From: Nitrospirota bacterium
GTDB taxonomy: Bacteria > Nitrospirota > UBA9217
Direction: 5' to 3'
Assembly: GCA_963796285.1 (NCBI GenBank)
Contig: CAWCKW010000012.1
Location: 1,248,001 to 1,312,000, forward strand
Length of the DNA stretch: 64,000 bases
Both the position numbers and the translations under genes were made by a program. The notes beneath the pieces are model-generated. The model was not told the origin of the DNA. It saw only the letters and a list, made by a program, of their open reading frames with translations, and searched no databases. This document shows positions 33,001 through 42,821 of this stretch, in pieces. Within the stretch, counting starts at the first letter, position 1. Each line of letters starts with the position of its first letter.

Positions 33001-33538
33001 GGCTCGATGAGTAACCAGATCGCCAATGTCCCGACGGCGCTGACAGCCAACACCTTCACGCGCACGGGCTACATCTTCAGCGGCTGGAACACCGCGGCTA
33101 ATGGCAGCGGCACGGCCTACGCCGATGGAGCAACCTACGCCTTCGCAGCTGACATCACGCTGTTCGCCCAATGGACCGCAAACCAACCACACCGTGACCT
33201 TCAACAGCAATGGCGGCAACCGGCTCGATGAGTAACCAGATCGCCAATGTCCCAGACGGCGACTGACAGCCAACACCTTCACCTCACGGGCTTCACCTTC
33301 AGCGGCTGGAACACCGCGGCTAATGGCAGCGGCACAGCCCTATGGAGCAATCTACCCCTTCGCAGCTAAATCGCCCTTTACGCCAATGGTTGTAAGCTTT
33401 GCCTGCAATACGAACTTATATAGCCACAATGTCTCGCAGTACACGATCAGCGTTGATGGCTTGTTGACCCCCATGACACCCGTCCACGGTAGCGGCGGAT
33501 TCTGCTCCCTACTTCTCACCATTGTAGGTATCCATTAA
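30031..33538 (+). CDS. Surface lipoprotein with Listeria-Bacteroides (InlB B-type/Flg_new) repeats (frameshifted; truncated beta-propeller tail)
   Basis: AAGGAG-TTG start, lipobox LVSC, repeated VTY/FxxNGG...GYxFxGWNT...TLYAxW. Confidence 0.85.
30142..33330 (+). repeat. Intragenic tandem repeats: five 246-bp units, about two hybrid units, then six to seven near-identical 222-bp units
   Basis: AACCACACCGTGACC recurs at 31854, 32076, 32299, 32521, 32743, 32965. Confidence 0.92.
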
Positions 33539-33776
33539 TAAACAGCGTCCTTCATATATCAAGACTATTTACTCTAATTCCCATGAAGTACATCCATCGG
33601 ATGGCCTCGGAATCATTGATTTTGCCAAAGGATACCTGAGTCGTCTTGAGGTCGTGGTGTCTTAACAGCATTTATGAAACGATCTCCAAGATAACCCTAT
33701 TCCGACTGGGTAAACGTGTCATCGAAGTATTTCCCGCTTCCCTCATAGCACGGTTCTCCTGTATAATCACTGCAAC

Positions 33777-34280
33777 ATGAAGAAACAAAACCTCGTCAAG
33801 AGAACTATCCGATTAATTCTAATCACCTTTGCTGCTGCCTGGATGCTCTTTGAGGATTGGGTATGGGATAGTCTGGTTGCCTTCATGCAAGTAGTGGGGC
33901 GACTGAAAATAGTCAACCGCTTTGAAACCTACCTCGCCAAACAGAATCAATATCTCTTGCTCACATTATTTATCTTCCCCTTTTTCATAATGATACCTGC
34001 AAAGGTATATGGGATTTATCTCATTACCAGCGGTAAGGTAATTCGGGGCGTTACGATCTTCGTGGTAGCAAAGGGCTTGATAACCCTTCTCGTCACCAGA
34101 TTGTTTATTGTCAGCAAGGATAGGCTTCTGCTGATAAAATCATTTGCCTCATTTTACTACTGGTTTACGGATAAGAAGGAATGGTTATATTCAGAAGTTC
34201 GCAAACTACCAGCATGGCAGATGGCAAGAGAATGGATTGCACAGCTAAAGATGCAATTACGCAATTTGCTCAGGAAATAA
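33777..34280 (+). CDS. Hypothetical membrane protein
   Basis: 167-aa AT-rich ORF with three TMs and a LFEDWVWD motif. Confidence 0.75.
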   Translation: MKKQNLVKRTIRLILITFAAAWMLFEDWVWDSLVAFMQVVGRLKIVNRFETYLAKQNQYLLLTLFIFPFFIMIPAKVYGIYLITSGKVIRGVTIFVVAKGLITLLVTRLFIVSKDRLLLIKSFASFYYWFTDKKEWLYSEVRKLPAWQMAREWIAQLKMQLRNLLRK

Positions 34281-34437
34281 CGTCCCTAATATGTCCTCAT
34301 CTCCTCGAACCGAAACCAAGGGCTTAAGGCGGCTATGAGGCCTGTTTACATATTACTACGTGGGTGCTCAAATCACAGTTCAAACAAGAAAGAAAAAAAG
34401 GAACCTTAGTTAAGGGGATTGAAAATCCTTCGCTCCT

Positions 34438-35409
34438 CTATAGCTTCTGCTTTCTTCCCGTCATTACAATCGTGTCTCCAAGAGTGGTCTTTTTGATGCG
34501 CTTGAATCCCGTCTTTGTAAGCCAAGCCTTCATTTCCTGCATCGTATAGCACCTTCCTGCCGTAGTATTGACAAGCATGTTTACAGAAAAAAGAGCGCCG
34601 GGGACGGGGTGGGCGCGATCCTTTCCCAGGAAGAATTCCTGGATCGCGATCTTGCCTCCGGGGTTCATCGCGTCATACGATTTTTTCAGGAGCGCCGTAC
34701 TTTCATCAATCGAAAGTGAGTGTACGATCTGACTAATGAATACCAGGTCGTATCCGCTGCCGATATCATCGGAGTGGAAATCGCCGGCGATGCATTCTAC
34801 ATTCTTTACCTTTGATTCTCTCACGATCTTCCTCGCAACTCCCATGGTATTCGGCTGATCGAAGAGGGTAACGGAAATTCCGTGACGCGCCATCTCTATG
34901 CTGTACGTCCCCGGCCCGCCGCCGAGGTCGAGGGCCTTTTTTATACCACGGATGCCAACAACCTGTATCACATCCTTTGCGTGAAAGACCGCATTGTTAT
35001 GCATGGCCCTGATGAAAGATTCATGGTGACGCTCGCGCGTTCGGCTCGGCAGGCCGGTTTTCATGACCTCGTCGAGAGCCGACCAGCTTTTCCAGAGAGT
35101 GTCCGAGTGGCGAAGCATGTCTCCCTGATACCAATATGACTTTTTTACGAGAAATTTTGTTGCAAGAGACGAGTTCCTGTATTTCGAACCTCTTTTCTTG
35201 AGCAGGTCCAGGGCTGTCACGGCATCGAGAAGGATTTCCGTCGCGCGCGGATCGGTCTTGATCCTTTTGGCCAGAACGCCGGCTGTCTTCGGCGTCTTGA
35301 GGTGTTCAAACACGGCATAGTTGTTCGCGGTGAGGATCACACGCGAGGCTCGAAAGCCCCCGGAGAGTTGTCTGAATACGTGGAGCTGTTGAAGAAGATC
35401 GTTGTTCAT
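34438..35409 (-). CDS. SAM-dependent O-methyltransferase with dimerisation domain
   Basis: LDLGGGPG, IAGDF, N-terminal winged helix. Confidence 0.9.
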   Translation of the reverse strand: MNNDLLQQLHVFRQLSGGFRASRVILTANNYAVFEHLKTPKTAGVLAKRIKTDPRATEILLDAVTALDLLKKRGSKYRNSSLATKFLVKKSYWYQGDMLRHSDTLWKSWSALDEVMKTGLPSRTRERHHESFIRAMHNNAVFHAKDVIQVVGIRGIKKALDLGGGPGTYSIEMARHGISVTLFDQPNTMGVARKIVRESKVKNVECIAGDFHSDDIGSGYDLVFISQIVHSLSIDESTALLKKSYDAMNPGGKIAIQEFFLGKDRAHPVPGALFSVNMLVNTTAGRCYTMQEMKAWLTKTGFKRIKKTTLGDTIVMTGRKQKL

Positions 35410-35562
35410 CGAGTAGTCCTTTCGCTGCGATGTGAAACTTTGGTGACGTTGTTTCTCACTATGCTTTTCTCCGCTCCGCTTCCGATCCACCCGCTCAAGC
35501 GCCATTCTCGGGGGAAAATTGGGAACATCTTATAATCCACGAAGTTGTTCTCAGATTACCGG

Positions 35563-36123
35563 TTATTTTCCTGAGCGTACCGGCCAGACGTAGTAGCTGA
35601 CGGCCTTTTTGCCCCAGTACGTGTGGCCGTCTGACAGGTTGACGTACCACGCGTCATCAGTCGAAGGGGCGTAGGTAGTAGCGGTCCAGTAGTGACCAGA
35701 CTGCACGCTACTAAACCCCTGACTATTGAGCCATGCTGCTATGTTTGATTGGCCTGCGTTCACCAGGCTTTCAAGCTCTCGAACATTGGGCACGCGCCAC
35801 TGCCCGGATGTGGATCCATCTGTCAATCCGCATTGACCGTTTGCAATGCTACCGACGTCTTTCAGCGCAGCAGTCCATGACACACCTAAGCAGTTCGCGT
35901 TTTTCAGCCATATTAGACCCGTAAGATTGTCTATAACTGTTCCGTTACTGTTGTCCGTGAACCTTGGGCTCGGCCAGGCAACACCTTTCTGAAGCGCTCC
36001 GTCGTCATTGCTCTCATAGCTTGAAGTCTGGCCGGTGCCGGGAAGCTGTACTGTACCTGCATAGGCGCACACCGGCAAGACCATGACTGTTAAAAGAATT
36101 ATCATAAACATAACTTTAGTCAT
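35563..36123 (-). CDS. DUF1566 (Lcl C-terminal domain) exported protein
   Basis: RFTDNSNGTVIDNLTGLIW, WRVPNVRELESL, VWPVR. Confidence 0.9.
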   Translation of the reverse strand: MTKVMFMIILLTVMVLPVCAYAGTVQLPGTGQTSSYESNDDGALQKGVAWPSPRFTDNSNGTVIDNLTGLIWLKNANCLGVSWTAALKDVGSIANGQCGLTDGSTSGQWRVPNVRELESLVNAGQSNIAAWLNSQGFSSVQSGHYWTATTYAPSTDDAWYVNLSDGHTYWGKKAVSYYVWPVRSGK

Positions 36124-36323
36124 ATCCTTTTCTCCTTTTTGTGTTTCTGTCTATTGCAATGGTGCACCTTTCAATTTCATTACTCAAAGCAGCAAAGCTT
36201 CTATAGGTTCACTTTTTATTTTTGTTGATATCAAATGATCAACTAACATGTTCGGATTGTAACGCAGACGAACCTGGCAAACCTTCAACCGCAAATTTCA
36301 GGAAGGATCAAACTCGGCATTCA

Positions 36324-36725
36324 TTAATGAACAGGCGCCTCCCGCATCAGCGGCAGACTGTTTTCAAGTATCGTTGCCTGCATTGTCAAAATCACCCTTG
36401 GCCTTTTCGGGTCGTTGCACACAACCTCGATCGTTTCCGTTATAAAACCCTTTTTCATCACGGTGGAAATCCTTCCTGTAATTCCCCCTTTTTCACCGGC
36501 TTTAAGATGGCTCGAACTAGCCACCACGGCTGCGCATCCTCAGGACGTATTGACCTCTTTTATGATGAGTTCATCGGACCCAGCATTAATGAATTCAAAG
36601 GTATATTCCAGTTGTGCTCCTCGAATTACTTTCCCGAAGTCATGTTTCTCGGCCGTAAATTCAAGGGCCGGCTGTGCCCAGGCAACTGCAGGAAACAATA
36701 ACAGGATGAGAATTATTTTCTTCAT
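36324..36725 (-). CDS. DUF1573-family protein with in-frame UGA (probable selenocysteine)
   Basis: HDFGKV...VNTS-TGA-GC; the two track ORFs are in one frame; hairpin follows the UGA. Confidence 0.82.
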
Positions 36726-36831
36726 AAATATATTATAGCATATTACGTTTTTATTCATTTAGAAAGACTACAAGATGGTAACAATTTGCTATAATTACGA
36801 TCAGGACGATGACTCAAAAGGAGGGGTTATC

Positions 36832-37266
36832 ATGAACAAAAAATTACTCATGGTGTTGGTTGCGGTCTTATTCACGATGTGCCCGGTCTATCACGTTGAG
36901 GCGGCGGATAAAACTCCGGAACAACTGGTAAAAGAAAGTAAAGCATTGATTAAAGAAGTATCGATCGATGATGTCAAAAAAATGATCGACACAAAGGAAA
37001 ATGTCATCATCCTCGATGTTACTGATAAGCACGAGTTTGAAGGAGGTCATCTCCCTGGAGCAATAAATATTTCACGAGGGATGTTAGAGTTTAAAGTGGC
37101 CCAGATCATACCTGACAAAAATTCAAAAATTGTTGTTTATTGCGGGCTGGATCTCCGAGGGCCGTTGGCCACCAAAACCTTAAACGATCTCGGTTATAAT
37201 AATGCAGTAAACATGGCTGGCGGTCTCAAAGCATGGAAAGCTGCGGGCTATCCCTTAGTCAAGTGA
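36832..37266 (+). CDS. Exported rhodanese-domain protein
   Basis: GHLPGAINI, active-site YCGLDLRG, GGLKAW. Confidence 0.9.
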   Translation: MNKKLLMVLVAVLFTMCPVYHVEAADKTPEQLVKESKALIKEVSIDDVKKMIDTKENVIILDVTDKHEFEGGHLPGAINISRGMLEFKVAQIIPDKNSKIVVYCGLDLRGPLATKTLNDLGYNNAVNMAGGLKAWKAAGYPLVK

Positions 37267-37310
37267 TTTTACACGGTCAGCTGCCCGGAACCCGATATCT
37301 GTTGCTATCA

Positions 37311-37407
37311 TCGGGGTCATGAGGGGCGAGTCTTTTTCGTTGCATTTCATCTTCACTAACGTAAGATCGGGGTAATTTCAATAAGAAAGATTTACCCTAA
37401 TGGTCCC
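37311..37407. repeat. Hairpin intergenic element, copy 1
   Basis: AGTCTTTTTCGTTGCATTTCATCTT...TAATTTCAATAAGAAA...ACCCTAATGGTCC shared with 40779..40884. Confidence 0.85.
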
Positions 37408-37410
37408 CGG

Positions 37411-37890
37411 TTATTTCTCCAGCTCCTTCATTGAATCCAGCATAAGTTTCTTGCCCTGAATCAACTTATTGACCAAGCAAAGGTCTTCCGGGTGCAGCCT
37501 GAACCATTCGATCATTTCGGTTATTTCAAGGATCGGCGTTGCGCATACGGCCGGTGGACCCTCTTTAACTGGCGCAGCTTTTACCGGCTCTTCTTTAAAG
37601 AGCTCTTCCTGGGCGGACTCAAGCGAGGGCTCGTGACCGGACAACATCCACTCAAGGCTGAGATGATGCTTCAAGCAAATATTATAAAGCAGCTCGGCAG
37701 TCGGCCGGACTTCACCTCGCTCGATCTTGCTGACCTCAGCCCGCGTTATGCCGAATTGTTTGGCGAAGTCCGCCTGAGTAGCAGTGCCCCGAACGTGCTT
37801 GATTTTGGACCCAAGCGCCTTATAGTCGATCGCAACATATTCTCCAGTCAGAGCGTCCGGCCCAATAGCTCCTTTTTCGTCTGTTGACAT
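37411..37890 (-). CDS. XRE-family HTH transcriptional regulator
   Basis: TQADFAKQFGITRAEVSKIERGEVRP...LEWMLSG. Confidence 0.85.
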   Translation of the reverse strand: MSTDEKGAIGPDALTGEYVAIDYKALGSKIKHVRGTATQADFAKQFGITRAEVSKIERGEVRPTAELLYNICLKHHLSLEWMLSGHEPSLESAQEELFKEEPVKAAPVKEGPPAVCATPILEITEMIEWFRLHPEDLCLVNKLIQGKKLMLDSMKELEK

Positions 37891-38006
37891 AGCGTGCCTC
37901 CTGTCACATATAATCCCGGAATGCGAATTCTGAAATCTTCACAATACCATTGTTGACCATATTCAGGCAGGAACGACTCCCTGTGTTAGAAGGATACGTT
38001 GACGAA

Positions 38007-38072
38007 TTAATCGTCATCCTCGCGGGTAAAATCTTCATCCTCGGCAAAGAGCGCCGAAATATCAAACTGCAT
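38007..38072 (-). pseudogene. Truncated response regulator start
   Basis: MQFDISALFAEDEDFTRE followed by an early stop; overlaps the end of the kinase gene. Confidence 0.5.
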
Positions 38073-39957
38073 TTGTGATTTCTTGATGCGCTTCCCTTTC
38101 CAGACGCGGTAGTTCAAGAGTGAATATCACGCCTCCTTCTGTGTTGTCCGCTGACAACTTCCCATGCATATGCTCTTCAACAATCACTTTCGACATGTAA
38201 AGCCCCAGGCCTGTCCCCTTTGTCGTCCCCTTGGTGGTAAAGTAAGGGTCGAAGATACTCCCCATTGCCTCAGGAGGGATCCCTCCTCCGTTGTCACTCA
38301 CTTTGATAATGACCTTGCCGTTCGTGTCATAAAAGTCAAAGGACAGGAGCCCCCTTTCTGATGCGATAATGCCTCCCCGAGCCTTCTTTTCGATGATGGC
38401 GTCCCGGGCATTGTTGACAAGGTTGAGTATGGCATGTTCAAATTCATTTCTGAAGCCTTCAACGGCTTTTTCAGCGCAGAAAACGACGTCGGCCTCGTTC
38501 TCGAACGTCTTCCCATGGGTATGGCAGGTGAGCCTATATACAATATTATCGGCCGCCAACTGCGCCGAGACCAGGGACAGCACGTCTCCGACGGCACGCA
38601 TCGCGTCGAAGACCGTCTTTTCTTTATCCGGCTTATAGAAGCTGCGAAAGTCGTCAATGGTCTTGGACATGTGAAGTATCTGCGACATGGCTTTTTCAAC
38701 CGTCTCCTCCAGATACTCCCTGTCCAATTTGCCGCGGGCATAGGCGTCTTCTATACGTTGTACAATGAGTCCCACCACATTGAGGGGCTGCCGCCATTGA
38801 TGAGCGATAGCGCCGAGCATTTCGCCCATTGCCGCCAGCTTGGACTGCTGCATCATCATCCGCTCGTTCTTCATCCGAACCGCGATCTCCTCCGCTACCT
38901 TCTTTTCGAGGTTCCTCGTCAGGTCCTCGAGCTGTCTCGTCTTTTCCTGCAAAGCCTGCTCCACCTGTTTTCGTTCCGTAATGTCCCGGATGACGCTGAA
39001 AATCACCTGCTTTCCGTTTAAACCCATCATCCTCGCGTTTATCTCCACTGGCATGACTGAACCGTCTTTTCTTACATGAGCCGACTCGAACGCTATCCGG
39101 CCGAATTGTTTCAAGCGCTCCATACGCTCTGGGATCATGGCGGCAAAAGATGGAGGATCCAGCTGGGACAGGTGGAGGGACAGCAGTTCCTCCCTGGTGT
39201 AACCCAGACGCTCGTAGGCGACGGCGTTGATGTCCAGGATATGCCCCTCCATGTCGACAATGAACAGAGCGTCGCTCGCGGATTCAAAAAGGGTCCGGAA
39301 CTTTTCTTCGCTTTGCTGCATCGACCATTCTATCTGCTTGCGTTCGGTGATGTCGCGGCCAACGGCAACCAATCCGATGACTGCGCCTCCGTCGTCCACC
39401 ATTGGGGCCTTAACCATGTCGAAATAGGAAACCGTGCCGTCCCTTCGGACAATCCGCTCCTCGGCCTGCGTCGGTACGCTCTGCCTCATCGCCTCTTCGT
39501 CGCTCTTCCTGCAGGCCGCGGCAGGACCGGGAGGCAACAGCTCCTCGATGGTTTTTCCCGTGATCTCGTCCCTGGCGTGGCCCGTGACTTCCTCTACCGC
39601 CCTGTTCACGACCACGTGCCGTCCGACCACATCCTTAAAGATGACCATGTCCGGAATCGTATTGATCAACGCCTGGAGCCTCGTATTTATGTCCGCGAAC
39701 GCTTCATTTGCCTTTTTTTCGTGGTCCCTAATCGCCTTAAAGATAAGGATCACAATGATGCTCACCATCAAGGCGACGACAAAGGCGTCCACGGCGCCGA
39801 TCAGGAGCAAGTCGAGGTCTATTCTTCCCCACCAGAGCAACCCCATGGCTGCATTCATGATGGCGGTGAATACCTCCGATAAAGCCAATGAAATCCAGAG
39901 CAGATTCCATAGCTTTATTATCTTAAGTTTTTGATAAATATTGCCCAACATAAGCAA
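38062..39957 (-). CDS. Membrane PAS-PAS sensor histidine kinase
   Basis: AIAHQWRQPL H-box, FDPYFTTK. Confidence 0.93.
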   Translation of the reverse strand: MLMLGNIYQKLKIIKLWNLLWISLALSEVFTAIMNAAMGLLWWGRIDLDLLLIGAVDAFVVALMVSIIVILIFKAIRDHEKKANEAFADINTRLQALINTIPDMVIFKDVVGRHVVVNRAVEEVTGHARDEITGKTIEELLPPGPAAACRKSDEEAMRQSVPTQAEERIVRRDGTVSYFDMVKAPMVDDGGAVIGLVAVGRDITERKQIEWSMQQSEEKFRTLFESASDALFIVDMEGHILDINAVAYERLGYTREELLSLHLSQLDPPSFAAMIPERMERLKQFGRIAFESAHVRKDGSVMPVEINARMMGLNGKQVIFSVIRDITERKQVEQALQEKTRQLEDLTRNLEKKVAEEIAVRMKNERMMMQQSKLAAMGEMLGAIAHQWRQPLNVVGLIVQRIEDAYARGKLDREYLEETVEKAMSQILHMSKTIDDFRSFYKPDKEKTVFDAMRAVGDVLSLVSAQLAADNIVYRLTCHTHGKTFENEADVVFCAEKAVEGFRNEFEHAILNLVNNARDAIIEKKARGGIIASERGLLSFDFYDTNGKVIIKVSDNGGGIPPEAMGSIFDPYFTTKGTTKGTGLGLYMSKVIVEEHMHGKLSADNTEGGVIFTLELPRLEREAHQEITNAV

Positions 39958-40069
39958 TCCCCTTCAACATCTTCGGTCTCTGAAACGCCTTAAATCTTTT
40001 CTAGCATACACTATCGGCCTTGCGATGTACAAATCTTATCTGTTCAGCAATATGACCACGTTTGACATG

Positions 40070-40260
40070 GAAACCTTCGGGCCGTTTCGACCCGGTTCCG
40101 TCAGAGAGTCTTCGGCCGAAAGAGGGCGTCGTCTGCTCTCAACATGAAACGGTCGTCGGTATCGCCAACGCAGAGCCGGGCCACGCCAATACTGCACGTC
40201 ATTTGCCGGACTCCGGCAACCTCTCGGCTTTCGATCAGAAGATGCAATTTCTTCGCGTAT
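40070..40260 (-). pseudogene. GGDEF-domain C-terminal remnant
   Basis: Manual translation MTCSIGVARL...FMLRADDALFRPKTL*RNRVE. Confidence 0.7.
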
Positions 40261-40373
40261 CATCGCGCATTGTCCGCAGCGGTATTCCTTTTTCAACGCT
40301 TTCCGACTATGCTACGCCGATGACTTCAAGAACGCTGTAAGGACTACGCCTGAGATTTCCAAATTTTTTAAAG

Positions 40374-40763
40374 TCATAGTTTTGTTTTGCTATCCAGTGT
40401 GCGTACACCTTTTATCAAAGGGAAGCTTAGAAGAACCAGAACGGCTATATCAACTCCTACATTGAGAAAAACACCGTAGTAGAGAGAAAATGCACCTTCA
40501 ATGATAAGCCAGACAAGAATTCCTTTCAGAAGCGCCTTCATCAGCTCGGTATCATTTTTGCGAAAGGCGTGACGCCCAACAAAGAAAAAAGTTGCACTCA
40601 AACCAATCAACGTTGCTCCGTAGACACCGTTGCTCCACGGCACTAATAATTCTGGAGATACGATAGGAAGAACACCGAGACCAAAGAAAGAAAACACAAT
40701 ACCCCAAAGTACCCCGATTGTCGAGACGACGCTGAACCATAAGATTAATGTTTTATTGTTCAT
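40374..40763 (-). CDS. Hypothetical four-TM membrane protein
   Basis: 129-aa hydrophobic, AT-rich ORF. Confidence 0.75.
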   Translation of the reverse strand: MNNKTLILWFSVVSTIGVLWGIVFSFFGLGVLPIVSPELLVPWSNGVYGATLIGLSATFFFVGRHAFRKNDTELMKALLKGILVWLIIEGAFSLYYGVFLNVGVDIAVLVLLSFPLIKGVRTLDSKTKL

Positions 40764-40778
40764 ATTTTAAAAGTTATT

Positions 40779-40884
40779 TCGGGGTCACCAGGGGTCACTT
40801 CGTCAAGTCTTTTTCGTTGCATTTCATCTTTAATAACTCAAGATCGAGATAATTTCAATAAGAAATAATTGACCCTAATGGTCC
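40779..40884. repeat. Hairpin intergenic element, copy 2
   Basis: Direct repeat of 37311..37407; GGGGTCA...TGACCC ends. Confidence 0.85.
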
Positions 40885-41486
40885 TTTGAACGATTTATGA
40901 GAGCCTCAGCTTCAGCCTTTAGCGACTCAAGATCTCCTATGAGATTGTTTTCGTCCGCATATTCGCTCTTGTGAAATTGGATATCAGAGATCCGCCAGAT
41001 GCCGATCTCCCTTTCTAAAGACACTGTGGCATTTCTTGTTGTACCGGGATATTCTGTATTTGGTCCCCAGTGACAGACAACCTTAACGCGCGTTTGCCGT
41101 GTTGTTCTTGATGGCTTCAAGGTCTGACAGGTGGTAGGGTAATCCCAAGACGCAAGAAATGTACCGTTATCTGGTACCATGGGGTCCGGCCCTTCTACCT
41201 CGGGAAGTTTCCTGGCCTCAGTTACAGCTCTCGCTGAATCGACAAGCAATTTTCTCAAATTCGTAGTGAGCCACCTGTTTTGTGCTGAGGTATCGCTTGC
41301 GATATCGCTCTTTGGCATAAGCAAGTAATCGAAAAAGTCCTGAACCACCGACTCTTCCGATTGCTCATTTATTGGAGACGAGAGCGCAGTGGTGGCTGCA
41401 ATAAACAGGAATGCCAATCCAATTATATGAAATCCACGTGCATGTAGGGTCATTGCAGGCCTCCCCATAGTAATTAGGGTATGCAA
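40875..41486 (-). CDS. Exported hypothetical protein (DUF3828-like NTF2 fold)
   Basis: Signal peptide, C-terminal WRISDI motif. Confidence 0.6.
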   Translation of the reverse strand: MHTLITMGRPAMTLHARGFHIIGLAFLFIAATTALSSPINEQSEESVVQDFFDYLLMPKSDIASDTSAQNRWLTTNLRKLLVDSARAVTEARKLPEVEGPDPMVPDNGTFLASWDYPTTCQTLKPSRTTRQTRVKVVCHWGPNTEYPGTTRNATVSLEREIGIWRISDIQFHKSEYADENNLIGDLESLKAEAEALINRSKDH

Positions 41487-42080
41487 AATTCAGAGAGAAG
41501 AAAGCACTAACGGCTTTAACGGGTAATCTTTACTGCTCGCGCTTGTTTGCGTCCTTCGGCTGCACCTTCAACTGTGTGCTTTGAAGAAATAGCGACCATT
41601 ATCGATTCCTGAGTGAAACATACAATGCATAAACCCGACAGCTGTTTAAATGAAATGACGGATCGATTCTTTCACGGCTCCCCGGACATAAAAACAGGGT
41701 AATGGGAAGAAATAATCACACTTTAATCAAATGTCAGCCGCCGCTTCCAGCGGTTAGCTGGAAGCTCGAAAAAGCCATCGGGGACTTAGTTGTTACTGAG
41801 GATACTTTATTCTTTTCATAACGCGTAATTTGAGGGTACGCAATGTAGGAAAACAACCTGATATGTCTATTTCTGCATGTTGTGGAGATTATACAGGAGA
41901 ATCGTACCTTGAGGGAAACAAGATTCCTTCAGGATGCGTCACGCTTTCTTAAACATTCCCATTTATAAAGCCTACCCGTTTGAAATAAACATTCATTACT
42001 TTACAAAAACATGTTAATTAGCTATTATGTAGCCGTCTGTGGTTATCAATAATTATTGGTGTCTCGTGTGAGGTAATTAT

Positions 42081-42683
42081 ATGCCGAAATTAGGCGAAAT
42101 TCTTATAGGATCAAAACTTATTAATGAAAAACAATTAGAAGCGGCATTAGAGTATCAACATAAAAGAGGCGGTAAATTAGGGCAGACCATTACTGAATTA
42201 TACTTTGTTAAAGAAGTTGATATAGCTAGAGCAATTTCTCAACATATCAAAGTTCCTTATGTAAATATATTCTCTGAAGACTTTTCTGACGAAGAATTGA
42301 AAAAAGTAAATGAATCAATTGTACGCAAATACGGAGTTATTCCAGTTAGAAAAGTAGGCCATTTTCTTGAAGTTGCCATGTCCGACCCTTCTGATTTAGA
42401 TATTATTGCCGATGTTCAATTTGCTTTAGGTTGTAATATAAAACCATTACTCTCCCTTGAATCGGAAATTGAGGCATTTATTCGGCAATATTACAGTGAC
42501 TCTCTTGTTCATCGTAAATCAGCTAAATTAGATTTTCCGGAAGAAGTCGAATTGGTTCAACAAAAGAGTACTTGGGAAAATGCGCCGCAATTCCAAGCCA
42601 AAAAGAAAATTAAAGACTTAGTTACTCTCCTTGTGAAAAAAGGAGTATTAACAATTGAAGAAGCAGTAAATTTTATCGACTAA
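42081..42683 (+). CDS. Stand-alone MshEN/GspE N-terminal domain protein
   Basis: KLGEILIGSKLINEKQLEAAL...KLGQ, VAMSDP; no ATPase domain. Confidence 0.85.
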   Translation: MPKLGEILIGSKLINEKQLEAALEYQHKRGGKLGQTITELYFVKEVDIARAISQHIKVPYVNIFSEDFSDEELKKVNESIVRKYGVIPVRKVGHFLEVAMSDPSDLDIIADVQFALGCNIKPLLSLESEIEAFIRQYYSDSLVHRKSAKLDFPEEVELVQQKSTWENAPQFQAKKKIKDLVTLLVKKGVLTIEEAVNFID

Positions 42684-42703
42684 CAGAGAGATAAAGAGAC
42701 CTT

Positions 42704-42795
42704 GGGGACATTATTTCTAAGATTGCCTTATCGTTTTGAGTCCGTTCAACTTTAAACAGGAAAACAAGTAAAGCAACGTAGGAAACAACGTCCAA
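42704..42795. repeat. GGGGACA-type hairpin element
   Basis: GGACATTATTTCTAAGATTGC pairs imperfectly with GCAACGTAGGAAACAACGTCC. Confidence 0.65.
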
Positions 42796-42821
42796 ATATA
42801 TTTTTTGCATCACCCCCCGCG

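Noticed and set aside
32188-33282. 364-aa repetitive minus-strand ORF
   Set aside because: It is the antisense of the repeat lipoprotein.
31854-33330. Near-identical repeats as a CRISPR array or ncRNA array
   Set aside because: The 222-bp period is a multiple of 3, encodes a protein domain and has no unique spacers.
40070-40120. In-frame TGA in the GGDEF remnant as selenocysteine
   Set aside because: It aligns with the Gly of GRNRV rather than a Cys, and the gene is otherwise decayed.
41490-42080. attC sites in the non-coding stretch (e.g. hairpin GCTTCCAGC..GCTGGAAGC)
   Set aside because: No properly paired R''/R' boxes were found.
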